64,000 bases of DNA. Source: Lama guanicoe (Eukaryota). The position numbers were made by a program, and so were the translations under genes. Position 1 is the stretch's first letter; every line of letters begins with the position of its first letter. The notes beneath the pieces were generated by a model, which was not told the DNA's origin, made no database searches, and saw only the letters and a list, made by a program, of their open reading frames with translations. The stretch covers positions 762,017-826,016 of the forward strand of contig MU053136.1 of assembly GCA_013239625.1 (NCBI GenBank), given 5' to 3'. Positions 51,653-64,000 of this stretch are shown piece after piece.

Positions 51653-52981
51653 GGTGAGAAGATCTCCTTCCCTTTCAAAAGAAAAAGAACAGTTTCATTT
51701 TATTCCTTCCTTTTTTCTCTAACCAGTATTGAGTATTTACTATGTGCCAGGCATTGCACGAGGTGCTGGGACTCTTTATTAACTAATATTTAGTCCAACC
51801 CTCTAGTCACAGTCCAGGGAGGGAGTCAGGGAAGTAACCAAATAAATGCACTGCCTTGTGTAGGTGCCAAATAGAAGTGTACACACAGTCTAATGAGGCT
51901 GCAGAGGAGGGCCAGTGACCCACCACCTGCAGAATTAGATACAGCTCTGCAGAGGCGGGGATTTTGGAGCTACTTCCTACAAGATAGTTGAGTTTAAAAA
52001 GTGGACAAGGATGAAAGGACACTCCAGGCAGCAATAATGTGCATATGAGTGGAGTGGTGGGCAACATAAAACTTGCTGATACCGACATGCAGCTCAGCAC
52101 GGTGAGGCAGAGAGCACACAGAGGAAGACGTGGAAGGTAAGGTAGGGAAGAGTCGGGCCAGGAGGGGCCCGTGGGCTGCACTAAGGCATCAGGATGCTGT
52201 CTTGCAGGCCACGAGGGTATGCTACTAGAAGGTATTAAATGCAGGAGTAAGATGACCAGACTTAGCTTTAGAAAGCTCTGCCTCACAGCGGGAAAGGAGG
52301 AAAGATTAAACGGGTGTGGTGAAGGCAAAGAGATTAGTTAAGAGACCCACAATTTCGGTGAGAGATTGCAGCCAAAGTAGTTTATAAATATAGACCAATC
52401 AGTTGCATTGTTCAGAGATGAGTGCTGGGTGTCCAGAGATGCCTACCTGTCTGTATGTAGTTCTGGAGAAACATCTACCACTTTGGGGCAATCTACAGTT
52501 GTTGGCTGAACTAACACATGATTCGTAAAGTTATAGGTAGAGGTCAAAGGCGGGCTTGGGCCCACTAGGACATCATAAGGCCCACACAGTGCCTGCCTTA
52601 GCTTGGCTTTACGGCCTTCCCAGTGCTCTGGCCCTTCACTTCCCCCTTAGCCTTCTCTTTGACCACACTTCTTTTACACCCTACTCTTCAGTCATAACAC
52701 ACACCGTCCAGTACCCTGCACACTACAGGCTTTTCATGCCTTGGTACACAATTCTGTGTACAGTTCCTTCTTTCCCAGCTCTCATCCCTTTGAGAAATAA
52801 CATTCATCTGTTGATGACTCCACTGAGTCATCATTTTCATTCGGCAGACATCAGTTCAGCATCTACTATGAGCCAGACACAATGTTAGGCACTGATATGT
52901 GACAGTGAACAAAACAAGGTTCCATTTTCACTGAACTCACAGTCTTAAGTGTAAAGACTGGCAAGAAAACAATGCGGTATA

Positions 52982-53319
52982 CAGTCGTCCCTTGGTATCC
53001 ACAGGGAACTGATTCTAGGACCCTTCGCAGATACCAAAATCTGAGGATGTTCAAGTCCCTTGTGTAAAATGGCATAGCAGTTGCATTTAACTTATGCACA
53101 TCCTCCCATATACTTTAAATCACCTCTAGATTACTTATAATACCTAATGCAATGTAAACGCTCTGTAAATAACTGCAAATACAATGTAAATGCTATGTAA
53201 GTAGTTGCTGGCCTGCAGCAAATTCAAGTTTTGCTTTTCCGGAATTTTTTCCTAATATCTTTGATCCACAGTTGGTTGAGTCTGCAGGTACGGAACCTGT
53301 GGATATGGAGAGCTGACTG
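52982..53319. mobile_element. MER2-like TcMar-Tigger element
   Basis: Imperfect TIRs cagtcgtcccttggtatccacagg / cctgtggatatggagagctgactg, flanked by TA on both sides. Confidence 0.85.
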
Positions 53320-53804
53320 TAACTGAAGGGAAGGATGCTGCTGGAGCACTCAGGAGAGGCTTCCAAGCCAGTCTAGGGAGGTCTGAGAAGTTTCCTAGTG
53401 AGAAGTAAATATAACTTGAGATCTAAAGCACAATCAATGGCAGTAAAGGCAGCTAACACTTGTGTAGCACTTGCCCTGTTCTGAGCATTTCACATATATT
53501 GACAGTGAATTCTCACAACAGCCCTGTAAGGCAGGTCCTGTCATATCCCTGTGTGTCAGTTCAGACGTCAAGACAGTCAAGGGCCTCACTGGGGGCAACA
53601 TCTATAGAGAATAAAGGGGGAGAGTGCAGAAACAGATGGCAATACAGGCCTGACACCTCTGAAAGAAGAGAGAGAAGGCAGGGGGATTTAAGAGAAAGAA
53701 ACTTAAACTGCAGCTCAGGCCCCAAACACTCTCAGCTAGGCTGATGGGGGTCCTTAAGCAAAGACTGCCTGGCAGAGTCCCACGCTATGCTGCACACTGG
53801 GCTG

Positions 53805-54325
53805 TAGGAGCTTTCAGTCCTGCCTCCAGACCTTCAGGGAGGGGAGAGGGGATGGAGATTGAGTTTAATCACTCATGGCCAATTATTTAAATCAGTTATG
53901 CCTATGTAATGAAGGCTCCATAGAAACCAAAAAGGATAGCATTCAGAGAGCTTCTGGTGAGCATGCGGAGATTCAGGGAAAGCCGTGTGCTCAGAGGGAG
54001 CGCAGAAGCTCTGCGCCCTTTCCCCCGGCCTTGCCCTGAGCATGTCTTTCACCTGACTGTTCCTGAGCTATATCCTTTTATAATAAACCAGTAATCTGGT
54101 AAGTAAAATGTTTCTGTGAGTTCTGTGAGCCACTCCAGCAAATGAATTGAACCCAAGGATGGGGTTGTCGGATTTCCCAACCTATAGTCAGTCTGTCAGA
54201 AGCACAAGTGATAATCTGTGTTTGCAACTGGCACCTGCAGGTGGGGTGGGGGGCAGGTAACCTTACAGGACTGAGTTGAATTGTGGGACACCTGGCCGGC
54301 GTCGCAGAGAATGGCTTGTTGTAAG
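53805..54325 (+). mobile_element. MER21-like LTR fragment
   Basis: ggagattgagtttaatcac...gcctatgtaatgaagg...aataaaccagtaat...tgagttctgtgagccactccagcaaat. Confidence 0.6.
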
Positions 54326-55807
54326 TGGGTCCAGAGCTGTTAAGGGTATAGGGGAATAAAATTGGAAGAGCCAGTGAAGGGGAGAAAATAGTGGACAGAG
54401 GCATTTAATGCAGCCTCCTCCCTCCCCTTCTTTCCTTCCCCCACCTCCGCATCCCTGTTCTCTCCCCCTCCCCCCAGCTTTCAGCTCTCTCCATTCCAAG
54501 AGCTCTGTGTTCTCTAGCCAGCTACCTCTGTACTGCCTGATTGGCGTTCTTTGCTGCACTGTAGTCACAGACAGAGCTTGTCCTGCCTGTCTATGGACTA
54601 AATGGGCAGTTTCCCGATGCCAGTCACACATGAAAATCCACCCCCCACTGGGGAGGAGCTTGGACCGCACGGCCTCCCTGGGTGTTACTGTTAAACCATC
54701 ACACAGCAAGAAGACTGGACTTGCAGAAGGGGCGTGCCAGGCCAGGCAGAGCCCCCAAACTGAGCCAAAGCTGAACATGAATCAGATATATATCCAATGA
54801 TACCTTGGCTATTGCAAACATCTATAGCCCTTGACCTGACCATTTTCTGAGGTTCTGTCCTGTGTTTCTAAATTCCGTAAGTACTCTGCAGCCAGATACT
54901 CAATATATCCAAGATAGAATGTATTGTACTTTCTCCTAAAACTTTGCCCTCCAGTACTCCCAATTTCTATCTCTATTGCTTTTTCAGTCTTCAGGCTCTG
55001 ACACTTCCTCCCCGTTGCCCCGTGCATTACCTCAGGAGATGAGGCTGCAGAATCTCGCTCTGCAGTAGCTCTGGAGCGCCTGCTGCTCCTCTTCTTTCCT
55101 GTGGCCACATCCAGTGTTCAGGTCTTCAGCATTCGATGCCCCTTGCTTGGCCAATCCTAGCAGCCTTCTCGCTATCCCCACAGCATCAGTCCCTTCCCCT
55201 CTCAGCCACACGGTGCTGTGTGATTAATTTTCCTGAAGCACAGTTCTGCTGATGTCTGTACCTGAAAATCATTTCACCTACTCAGTAAAATCTAAGTCAT
55301 CTGAATCCATGACTGGGCCTCAGCGTTGTCTCCTGCTGCTCCCACTCACACAGCCTGTGTTCCATGCACACCGAGGAGATTGCTGCTCTCCATTTATCTG
55401 TGTGCTGCTCTTTTCGTGCTCCAGATCTGTGCTCTCACTTTTCCTTTGCCTGTAATGCCCTTCTTGCTCATCTACACACGTCACATACTACCGATCCTGC
55501 AAAGCTCAGCAAATCACAGTTCCTCCATATAAAGCCTTCTCTGAATTATCAGCAGTAGATCTGCTCTCCCATAACAATATACTCAAACCGCTCCTGTGTA
55601 AGTCATCACTCCAACTGGGCTGGTACCCCTGGGGCAGTTCTGTGACTGATTCATCTTTGCAACGGACAAAGTACCTACTTCGGGGCTTTGGTCCAGCATA
55701 TAACTAAATTGGATGATTACCACTTCTGAAAGAGCCTGTTAGTAACACATATTCAGCACATAAGGCTACTTTGCCCAATTGATGGACTATAGTTAAATGT
55801 CACTACT

Positions 55808-55925
55808 TTTTGGGGGGGAGCAATTAGGTTTATTTATTTATTTTTAATGGAAGCACTGGGGATTGAATCCACGACCTCGTGCGTGCTGCGCATGTGTTCC
55901 ACCACTTGAGCTATACCCTCCCCCC
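55808..55925 (-). mobile_element. tRNA-derived SINE (Vic-1-like)
   Basis: Reverse complement reads ggggagggtatagctcaagtggtggaacac...ggattcaatccccag; flanking repeat atgtcact. Confidence 0.82.
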
Positions 55926-57109
55926 ATATGTCACTCTTACGCCCTGCATTCTTTTTCTTTTTCTTTTCTTTAAACATTTTTTATTGATTTATAATCATTT
56001 TACAATGTTGTGTCAAATTCCAGTGTTCAGCACAATTTTTCAGTCATACATGGACATATGCACACTCATTATCACATTTTTCCTCTGTGATTCCCTGTAT
56101 TTTTCTTTTTCTTGAAAGTAGCAACTACAATATAATACATATTAAGTGTTTTTACAGATCTTTTCCTTTTCTATAGATGTTTAGAAAGTGTCTAACTTCA
56201 CAAAGACACACAGAAGCAAGTGTAAGCTAAGACTGTGCTTATTCAACCTGACCATTCCGCTGGTACCTGGGGACAAAAGCCTTTGACTAGTTTTTAGCAT
56301 CTCCATCTTCCTCATCCTTCATATTCAGGCACATTCCAAACCCTGCAGATTCATTAATATTCTGTCTCACATCTCCGCCCTTCCTTATGTTCTAGCTTGG
56401 TTTTCACCTTCACTCTGCTCTCCTGGCCTAAAGCCTCCTACATGGTCCCCTCACCTCCCACTCATTCTGCACACGACTGCTGGATTAATGTTTCTCGGGC
56501 CCAGTCTTAGTCAGGCCATTCCCTCCAGCAGTCCCCACTGTCCACCAAACAAAGGGCAAACTGACCAGGTGACTCTAGGCCCTCCACCTGCAGTCCACTC
56601 ACAAATGTCCGCTTGCAGTCAAGTTGGGAAACTCGCCATTTCTCACACCTGCCAGCACATTTCGACCTTTGGAGCTTTGCTCTTGCTATTTCCTCTGCTT
56701 GTTCACTGAAACAAATATTTATCAAGTACCAACCATGAACCAAGTCCTGGGTGAGTGCTGCAAGTACAAAGAGAAGTAGAACCCAGTGCCTACAGTTAAG
56801 GAGCTCACAGAACTAATGGGGGATATACAAATAGAATTTGACACAACATTCCAAAATGACTACAACTCAGTAAAAAATGTTTTTAAAAAAGGTAAAAAGC
56901 CATATTTCTTCTGTACAGCACAAGGAACTATTTACAATATCTTGTAATAACCTTTAATGAAAAAGAATATGAAAACAAATATATGTATGAATATGCATGA
57001 CCAGGACATTGTGCTGAACACTAGAAATTGACACATTGTAACAGACTATACTTCAATAAAAAAATAACAATAATTTTAAAAAAAGAGAAATTATTTTTAA
57101 AATGTGGAA

Positions 57110-57250
57110 GGGCGGAGGGTATAGTGGTAGAGTGCGTGCCTAGCATGCATGAGGTCCTGTATTAAATCCCTAGTACCTCCATTTAAATAAATAAAATAAA
57201 TAAAATAAATGTAATTACCTCCCCCCCAAAATAAAAAACAAAAAAATTTT
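57110..57250 (+). mobile_element. tRNA-derived SINE (Vic-1-like)
   Basis: gggcggagggtatagtggtagagtgcgtgcctagcatgcatgaggtcc; A-rich tail; TSD aatgtggaa. Confidence 0.8.
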
Positions 57251-58189
57251 TTTAATGTGGAAAGGACAACAAGAGAAGGTGCTTATTTTTGCCTAAGGTG
57301 TCATGGAAGAGGTCGCATTAGAGGTGAACAGAAGTTCAGCAGCCTGAACAGAGTGAAGGGGAGCACAGCCCAGGCAGCAGGAGCAGGATGAGAGATGGCG
57401 CACAGGTTTATAAGGAAACATAGGACATGGAGTAGCAAGAGGCGATGCTAGAAAGACAGGTAAGGGCCTGATCAGGAAAACCCTTGGATGGCATGCTGAA
57501 GAATGTGGACTGTGTCCTGCATTTTGTCATTCATGCATTCAGTGAACATTTGTGAGCACCCCCATGTGGTAGGCACTGTGTTACACTGCTGGTGGGAAGG
57601 TAAAGTGGTATAGTTGCTTTGGAACCTTGCCAACATGCTCAGTTACAAAAGACCACATATTGTATGATTCAGCTTATATCAACTTTCTAAAATAGGCAAA
57701 TCTATAGAGACAGAAAGTAGGTGACTGACTGACTAGGGAAATCAGGGTTGGGGGAAATTAGGGAGGGTTACTGCTAAAGTGTAAGGAAATTCTTTTGGGG
57801 GTAACACAAATGTTCTAGAATTGATTGTGGCAAATGGTTACACAACTCTGTGAGTATGTTAAGATCTACCGAATTGTCTACTTTAAATGAGTGAATTGTA
57901 TGTGTAAATTATATCTCAATAAAGCTTTTAAATAAAATAGATATAATAAATGTTAGAAGAGGGTGTGCACTTTGGACAAAAGAAAAAGAGCAGAGTAAGG
58001 GGGATCAGGAGAAGGCCTCAACAAGAAAGCCAAGAAAGCAACATCTGAGTAAAAATATGGAGGATGTCAAACAGCTCAGCATACAACAGGTATGAGAAGA
58101 AGGGAAGAATTTGAAATATACAAAAAGCTGATGCCCTCAGACTCAGTGATTAGATGAGGGAGTCCTAGAGTAATTCCCAGTTTCAAATC

Positions 58190-59285
58190 CCTGAGATACA
58201 GGATGGTTCAGTATACATTCTTATGTATCAATAAATGTGATGCAGCACATCAATAGAATGAAAGATTAAAATCATATGATCGTCTCAAAAGATGCAGAAA
58301 AATCATTTGACAAAACTCAACACCCTTTCAGGATGAAAACTCCCAACAAATTGGGTACAGAAGGGTCAGATTTCAAAATAATAAAGCCATCTATACATTT
58401 GATACAATCCCTATCAAAATTCCAATGTCATTTTCCACCAAAATAGAAAAAACAATCCTAAAATCCTTATGGAACCACCCTGAACAACAATGCAATTCTG
58501 AGAAAGAAGAATAAGGCTGGAGGCATTGCACTTCCTGAATTTAAACTATACTACAAAGCTATCATAATCAAAGCAGTATGGTACTGGCATTAAAAACAGA
58601 CACACAGACCAATGCACCACAATCGAAAGCCCAGAAACAGACTGACACATAAGTGCTCAAAGCAATATTTGATAAAGGAGCCAAGAATACTCAATGGGTA
58701 AGAATAATCTTTTCAATAAATGTTGGAATGTTCACATGCAAAAGAAGGAAACTGGACCTTGTTTTCACCCCTCACAGAAATTAATTCAAACTGGATTAAA
58801 GACTTAAATGTAACAACTGAAACTGTAAAACTCCTGAAAGAAAGCATAGGGAAAAATTCCTTGACATTGGTCTTGGCAACAAATTTTTGGATATAATACT
58901 AAGAGCCAAAGCAAAAATAAGCTTCTGCACAACAAATGAAACAATCAACAAAATGAAAAGGCAACCTATAGAATGAGAAAAAATATTGAAAACCATGTAT
59001 CTGATAAGGAGTCAATATCCAAAATATATAAGGAACTCATACAACTTAATAGCAAAAAAAAAACCTAATGAAATCCAATTAAAAATGGACAGAGGATCTG
59101 AACAGACATTTTTCCAAAGAAGACATATAAATGGCCAGCAGGTAGATGGAAAGATGCTCAACATCACTAGTCATAAGGGAAATGCAAGTCAAAACCACAA
59201 TGAGATATCACTTTAGGCCTGTTAGAATGGCTGTTACCAAAAAGACAAGACATAATAAGTATTTGCAAGGATTGGGGGAAAAAAT
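58190..59285 (+). mobile_element. L1 ORF2 fragment with internal deletion (~58392)
   Basis: RT-region DNA (gatgcagaaaaatcatttgacaaaactcaacacc) jumps to C-terminal DNA (caatccctatcaaaattccaatg); ORF 59146..59331 is ORF2-like. Confidence 0.8.
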
Positions 59286-61118
59286 CCACCTGTGCCATCA
59301 GTCTCCAGGCAGAACAACTAGAACAACCTGAAAGCGGTTAGGAGAAAGAAAGGGAAAGGCTGGGAGGAGCTTCAGGGAAGTGGGTACTACTGAGGGCTGG
59401 GCTCTGCTTAGCAGGCATCTTCACTGAGCCACCTTCTTGGGCTGAAGGTGCTCAAATCCAAACATGTCTCTGTAGGTGTTACTCTTGTGCCTTTTCTTCA
59501 CCAACAGGGAAGTCATTGGCCCATTCTGTCTTGGAGACTTCATCCTGGGACTGTCTACAAGGAACTATCTAGGTCATCTGGCCATCCGCCAGCCTGAGAT
59601 TCCCTTTCTGCTCTCCCCACTTAGCAGAGTGAGCACTTCTCCAAGGGAAGATCATTGATTTTTGTGGATGGGGCAATGTAAGCATGGGGGAAAAGAAGGG
59701 AAAGGTAGGGGAAGAAGAAAGAAAAAAAAGTGTGAGAAAGTAGAAGGTGTCCAGGAGCTCCAGAAGGAAGGACAGATGGCTTAATCTGCCTAAGCACCCA
59801 CCAGGTTGTCCCTTCTTTGTCCCTCCCTCCCCATCGTCAGTCTCCAGATCCCATCCTCACCAGCCCCGGTCGTGGAGAGTGACAGGGCCCCAGGGTGGAA
59901 ACAGGAAGGTTTGGGGCCCCATAAATTGTCCTCTCTGGATACCTTGGAACCTGCGGCAAACACAGGGTCCCAAGCCACTGGTGTGAATATTAGAAATGTC
60001 AGTACTGACTACTACCCATGACTGTTTTCTCCCCAACCAGGAAACCCAATAGAAACTAACCATGATACCATGTCATCTGTCCCTCTGCAGAGCAACTATA
60101 AAAACCTGGCACAGGTGTGGGGGGAAAAAGGGAAAACCAAGGGAAAATCCTAGGTAGACGGTCAATCCTTAGTGTGAGGCTCTCTGCTAACCTGGGCTTC
60201 CCCCTCCAGCCATTGTGCTTAACGTGTGCCAAAGACTCTCCCATCCGAACCTGGAGGTGTTGCAGGCTTCTATGATTTTCCTCTTCAGCAACAGTGCAGA
60301 ATGTATTCCATTTGTCAGAATGCTTTTTTTCTTTTTGGAACCTGTTATGATACCAGTGAGACTACCTGCCTAGGTACCTGCCTACTCTGCCTTTTCTTCC
60401 TTTCCAAGACTCTCTCTGCATGAGTTCCTCTGCCCCCAACACCCTGTTCTTGTGATAACACAGAATCATGAAAATGGATTCTAAGGCCAGATTACCTGGG
60501 TTCAAATTCTGGCTTTACCATATACTAGTTGTGTGGCCTTAGGCGAGTGAATTAACCTCTCTGTCCCTGTATGCTCATCTTCAGCATAGGGAAAGGACAC
60601 TTCCGTGATCTGGGGGGAGAGTTAGGTGAGTTAACACATGTAAAGCACTACATAATTGTTAGATATTAGTATTATTTTGGTGGTGGTGGTTTTATTATAG
60701 CCATTCTAGGTCTGGAATCCCTGAGCCCTACCTCTTCCTCTAGGCTTTAACAGAAGGAAAATTTCACCAAGGGAACTCACGCTATCTGGTGCATTCAGCC
60801 ACCACTTTTTCCCCATAGGTGTAACTGCAGGTATTGCAACATCCTTAATCATGTCTGTGTGCCTTTCATCACTGCACTGGTCTGTGCTAGCTCACCCTGA
60901 CTTCTTCAGTTTCAAGCAGAGGACCTCTCTCTCTGTAATACAGTGGCAAAGTAAGGAATACTTTTTATTCCCTTCTTTTAAATCTTCAGCTTGTCTATAG
61001 CTTCAGTCAATCTAGTCACTGATCCTAAGAGGGAGTCTACAAACAGCAGATGGATTCATGGACTGATCAGCTGCGACATTCTTTGTTCTCACACTGGGCA
61101 TACAAACTAGGTGTTACT

Positions 61119-61576
61119 TGTAAAACAAAGAATGTTGCCCACGGGCCAGTTCTACAGGGATCAAGTCATTAACCCCTGCAGTCGCTGGCCAACAGCACAT
61201 CCTGAAAGGAATTCAGGAGGAAAATGGGATAAGGCATCTCTGCGCTTTGGGAAAAACAGACACCTTAGATAGTTAGAGATAGGGGAAAAAATTAATGAAC
61301 CCATATTCTCGCATCTTCCCATACATAGAAGAGCACTAAAATCATTACCTGACATACCTGATCCTCATGACTAGTAGTAACATTTAACTGAGATGTATGC
61401 TTGACTCCACACACTTTCTAGCCAAAATCACATATGTACTGGCTTCTCCCCCTACCTCTTTGGAGCAGTTCCTCAGAGCTGCCTGAGAGGCTGCCTCCCA
61501 GGCTATAGCCCTCAGTAGGGTCTTGAATAAACTCAACTCACAGCTCTTACATTCCGTGCTTTTCTTTCAGTTGACA
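61119..61576 (+). mobile_element. Solo ERV LTR
   Basis: TG...CA termini (tgtaaaac...gttgaca), AATAAA near 61527, 4-bp flanks tact/tatt. Confidence 0.75.
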
Positions 61577-64000
61577 TATTTAAGCCAAAAATCGTTTATC
61601 ACAATTAGATGCCAGTATGCACCCACCATAATGTTTAAACTGAAAAAGGCTGACAGTGTCTGTTGTTGGCAAGGATATGGAACAAGAAACATTAGTACTG
61701 AAAGAGTGAGTTGATGCAATCAATTTGGGGGCAAAAATGGTCGGTCCTTATCCACCTTCTCTATACTCAGAGATTCCACTGTAGGTGTATAACCATCACA
61801 GATACGCACATGGGTACCATAAGATGTATTTGCGGCAGCATTGCTTGTAATCGCCAAAAGCTGGAAACAACCGAGACATGCACCAACAGTAGAATGGATA
61901 AGAAAGTTGAGATATGTTCATACAACAGATGCTACACAGTGACAGAAATGAACAAACTGCAGCTACACACGATTACACAAATGAATCTCACAAACAGACT
62001 ACTGGATACAAAAGAACACATACTGTATGATTTCATCTACACAAAGCTTTAAAGAGACCAAACTAATCTGTGTTGCTACAAGTCAGACTGCTGGTTGCCT
62101 TTGGGGAGGAGGTAGGGCTAACCACTGAGGAAGGTATTAGTGGGTTGTCTGTGGTGCTGGTAATGTTGTATTACTTGACAGATGTGGCTGTACAGAAGTG
62201 CTAACTTGGTTAGTTCATATTTAAATTTTACCAGTTGTCAACAAAAAATTCTTTTCCTGATTTTTTTTTTCCAAACCAGGTTCCCCCTTTGCTTCCCCAC
62301 CAGATTGTATCAAACTTTGTATCACACACTAATGCTTTTGACTATGTCCACTTTGAGGGCTTCCAGTAAAAGCACGAGAGAATAATGAACAGCTGATTTG
62401 CATATATATACTTTTTTACACCTTAGAGGCACATAGCACTCATAAGCATTAAGATCAACATTCTAGATCTAACTCATTCTTTTTGATAGGTGCATATGAC
62501 ATAGCACATAAAAGGGCTTTAATTGGGATCCTGTGACACGATTAGGACTGAGGTCCCCATTTCATTGCTTTCTTGATGGCTGTTAACCAGGGACCACTCA
62601 GCAACTAGAGATGGTTCTCAAGTCCTAACCACGTGGCCCTCTCACAACAGAGTAGCTTCTGCTTCAAAGCCAGTAGGAGGATTTCCCTTGCTTTTCCCTG
62701 AATCTCTGACTTCTTTTAAGAGGCTACGTAATTAATTCAAGCCCACCTACCTTAATCTCATTTTTTATGAATGAAAAGTCAGTTGACCAATAAGGTTATC
62801 ATGGAAGTGAAATCTTTCCATACTCACAGACCGGCCCACACTCAAGCAGAGGCATTTATACCAGGCACATTCATCAGGGCCTGGGAGTCTTGAGGCCATG
62901 TCAGAATTCTGCCGCTCCTCCCCACCCCTGCCCAGCCCCTAACAGGTAAAATACAGGTAAAATACAGTCACCCCTTCCCAGCGTTCCCAAGGGTCTCATC
63001 CTAATACAGCATGAGCTTGAAGTCCAGAACCTCCTCTAAATCTAAATCTCATCAGCTCAAAGTCCAAAATCTCTTCTAAATCAGGTGAAGACGCGGCCCC
63101 TGATTATAATCCATTAACTCACCTTCCTCTGTGGACCAAACTGAAGAACCAACTTACCTGCTCCCAAAGCTGCGGTGGGCCAGGTGCAAGGACAGCTGTA
63201 GGCGTTCTAGTGCCCAGCACAGAGGAAGGAAGATGGGGGTCACGATTCTCAACCCACAGCCGCCTTCCACAGTGGTGAGAGTGCCCCTCTCTTCCCTGAG
63301 TACAGTAGTTGGATTGGGGGTTGGATTTTTTTTTTAAGAAAAAGTCCCCTCTGTGTTACCCTTAACTAAGAGGAAACCAATAGGTAAATGGAGTAGAAAT
63401 CTATAAATAGATACAGATATAAATAGTAAATTTAATATACGGTAAAGTTCACATTTCAAATCACTGGCACAACTAGTTTTCCTCCAAAAGAACCCCAACC
63501 TAGTCTTCCTGTGTTACTTGTGTAGAAAAATACGTTTCAAATGTATTAAATTCACTAGATAATTAAAACACAAACATGGAGATTATTTAGATAATTTTGG
63601 GGTGAAGGAATATTTGCTTGGCAAAGTGAGAAACCTAGATGACAAAGAAAAAGACTGACAGACACGACCACAAACAAATGTACAAGTTTCTGTGTGACCA
63701 GCGATACCATAAAACATCAAAACACGGGTGAGAGACTGCCAGAAATACCTGTTCCACAGCGTGACAAAGGTTTAATTTCCATATTTTACAAATACCACCT
63801 ACAAATTGATAAAAAGATAACGGAAGAGAAAAGGGGCAAAGGCTAAAGAAAGCAGACATGGAAGAGACATCTAAAAATTCTGCAAAATTAAGAGAGAAAC
63901 ATCCAGTGGTAGTGGAAATAGGCACTTTTTGAACAAAGCTATTGGGAGTGTGAATTTCTTTATTTTTATTTGTATTTATTTTTCTAAATTGAAGTACAGT

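Noticed and set aside
51807..52328. 173-aa ORF upstream of the HSD17B6 coding exon
   Set aside because: Low-complexity S/L/P-rich translation of repeat-like intronic DNA; no protein homology recognised.
54263..54800. Overlapping 171-aa and 130-aa ORFs
   Set aside because: They span an LTR edge and a pyrimidine tract; no motif or splice support.

Overview
Repeat-rich mammalian genomic DNA, most likely a camelid, inferred from several tRNA-derived SINEs that resemble the camelid Vic-1 family. The window lies in the SDR9C (retinol/hydroxysteroid dehydrogenase) cluster. On the minus strand is a complete 4-coding-exon HSD17B6 orthologue (41257-51652). Its splice sites and catalytic motifs are intact, but it carries three lesions: ATG>ACG at the start, a TGA nonsense codon (~codon 280) and a 1-nt deletion (~codon 300). 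About 32 kb downstream, in the same orientation, is an older unprocessed RDH16/SDR9C7-like pseudogene with three exons visible (6599-9230). The rest is mostly L1, L2, MIR, SINE, LTR and DNA-transposon fossils. Most notable non-gene observations: two copies of an ORF1-only, ORF2-deleted L1 derivative sharing the same junction; a tailless 5'-half tRNA-Cys retrocopy; a 77-bp inverted templated insertion; a polyadenylated LTR-like retrocopy; and a fragmented hAT transposase fossil. I see no intact novel protein-coding system. Family names and reference comparisons are from recall, not from database searches.
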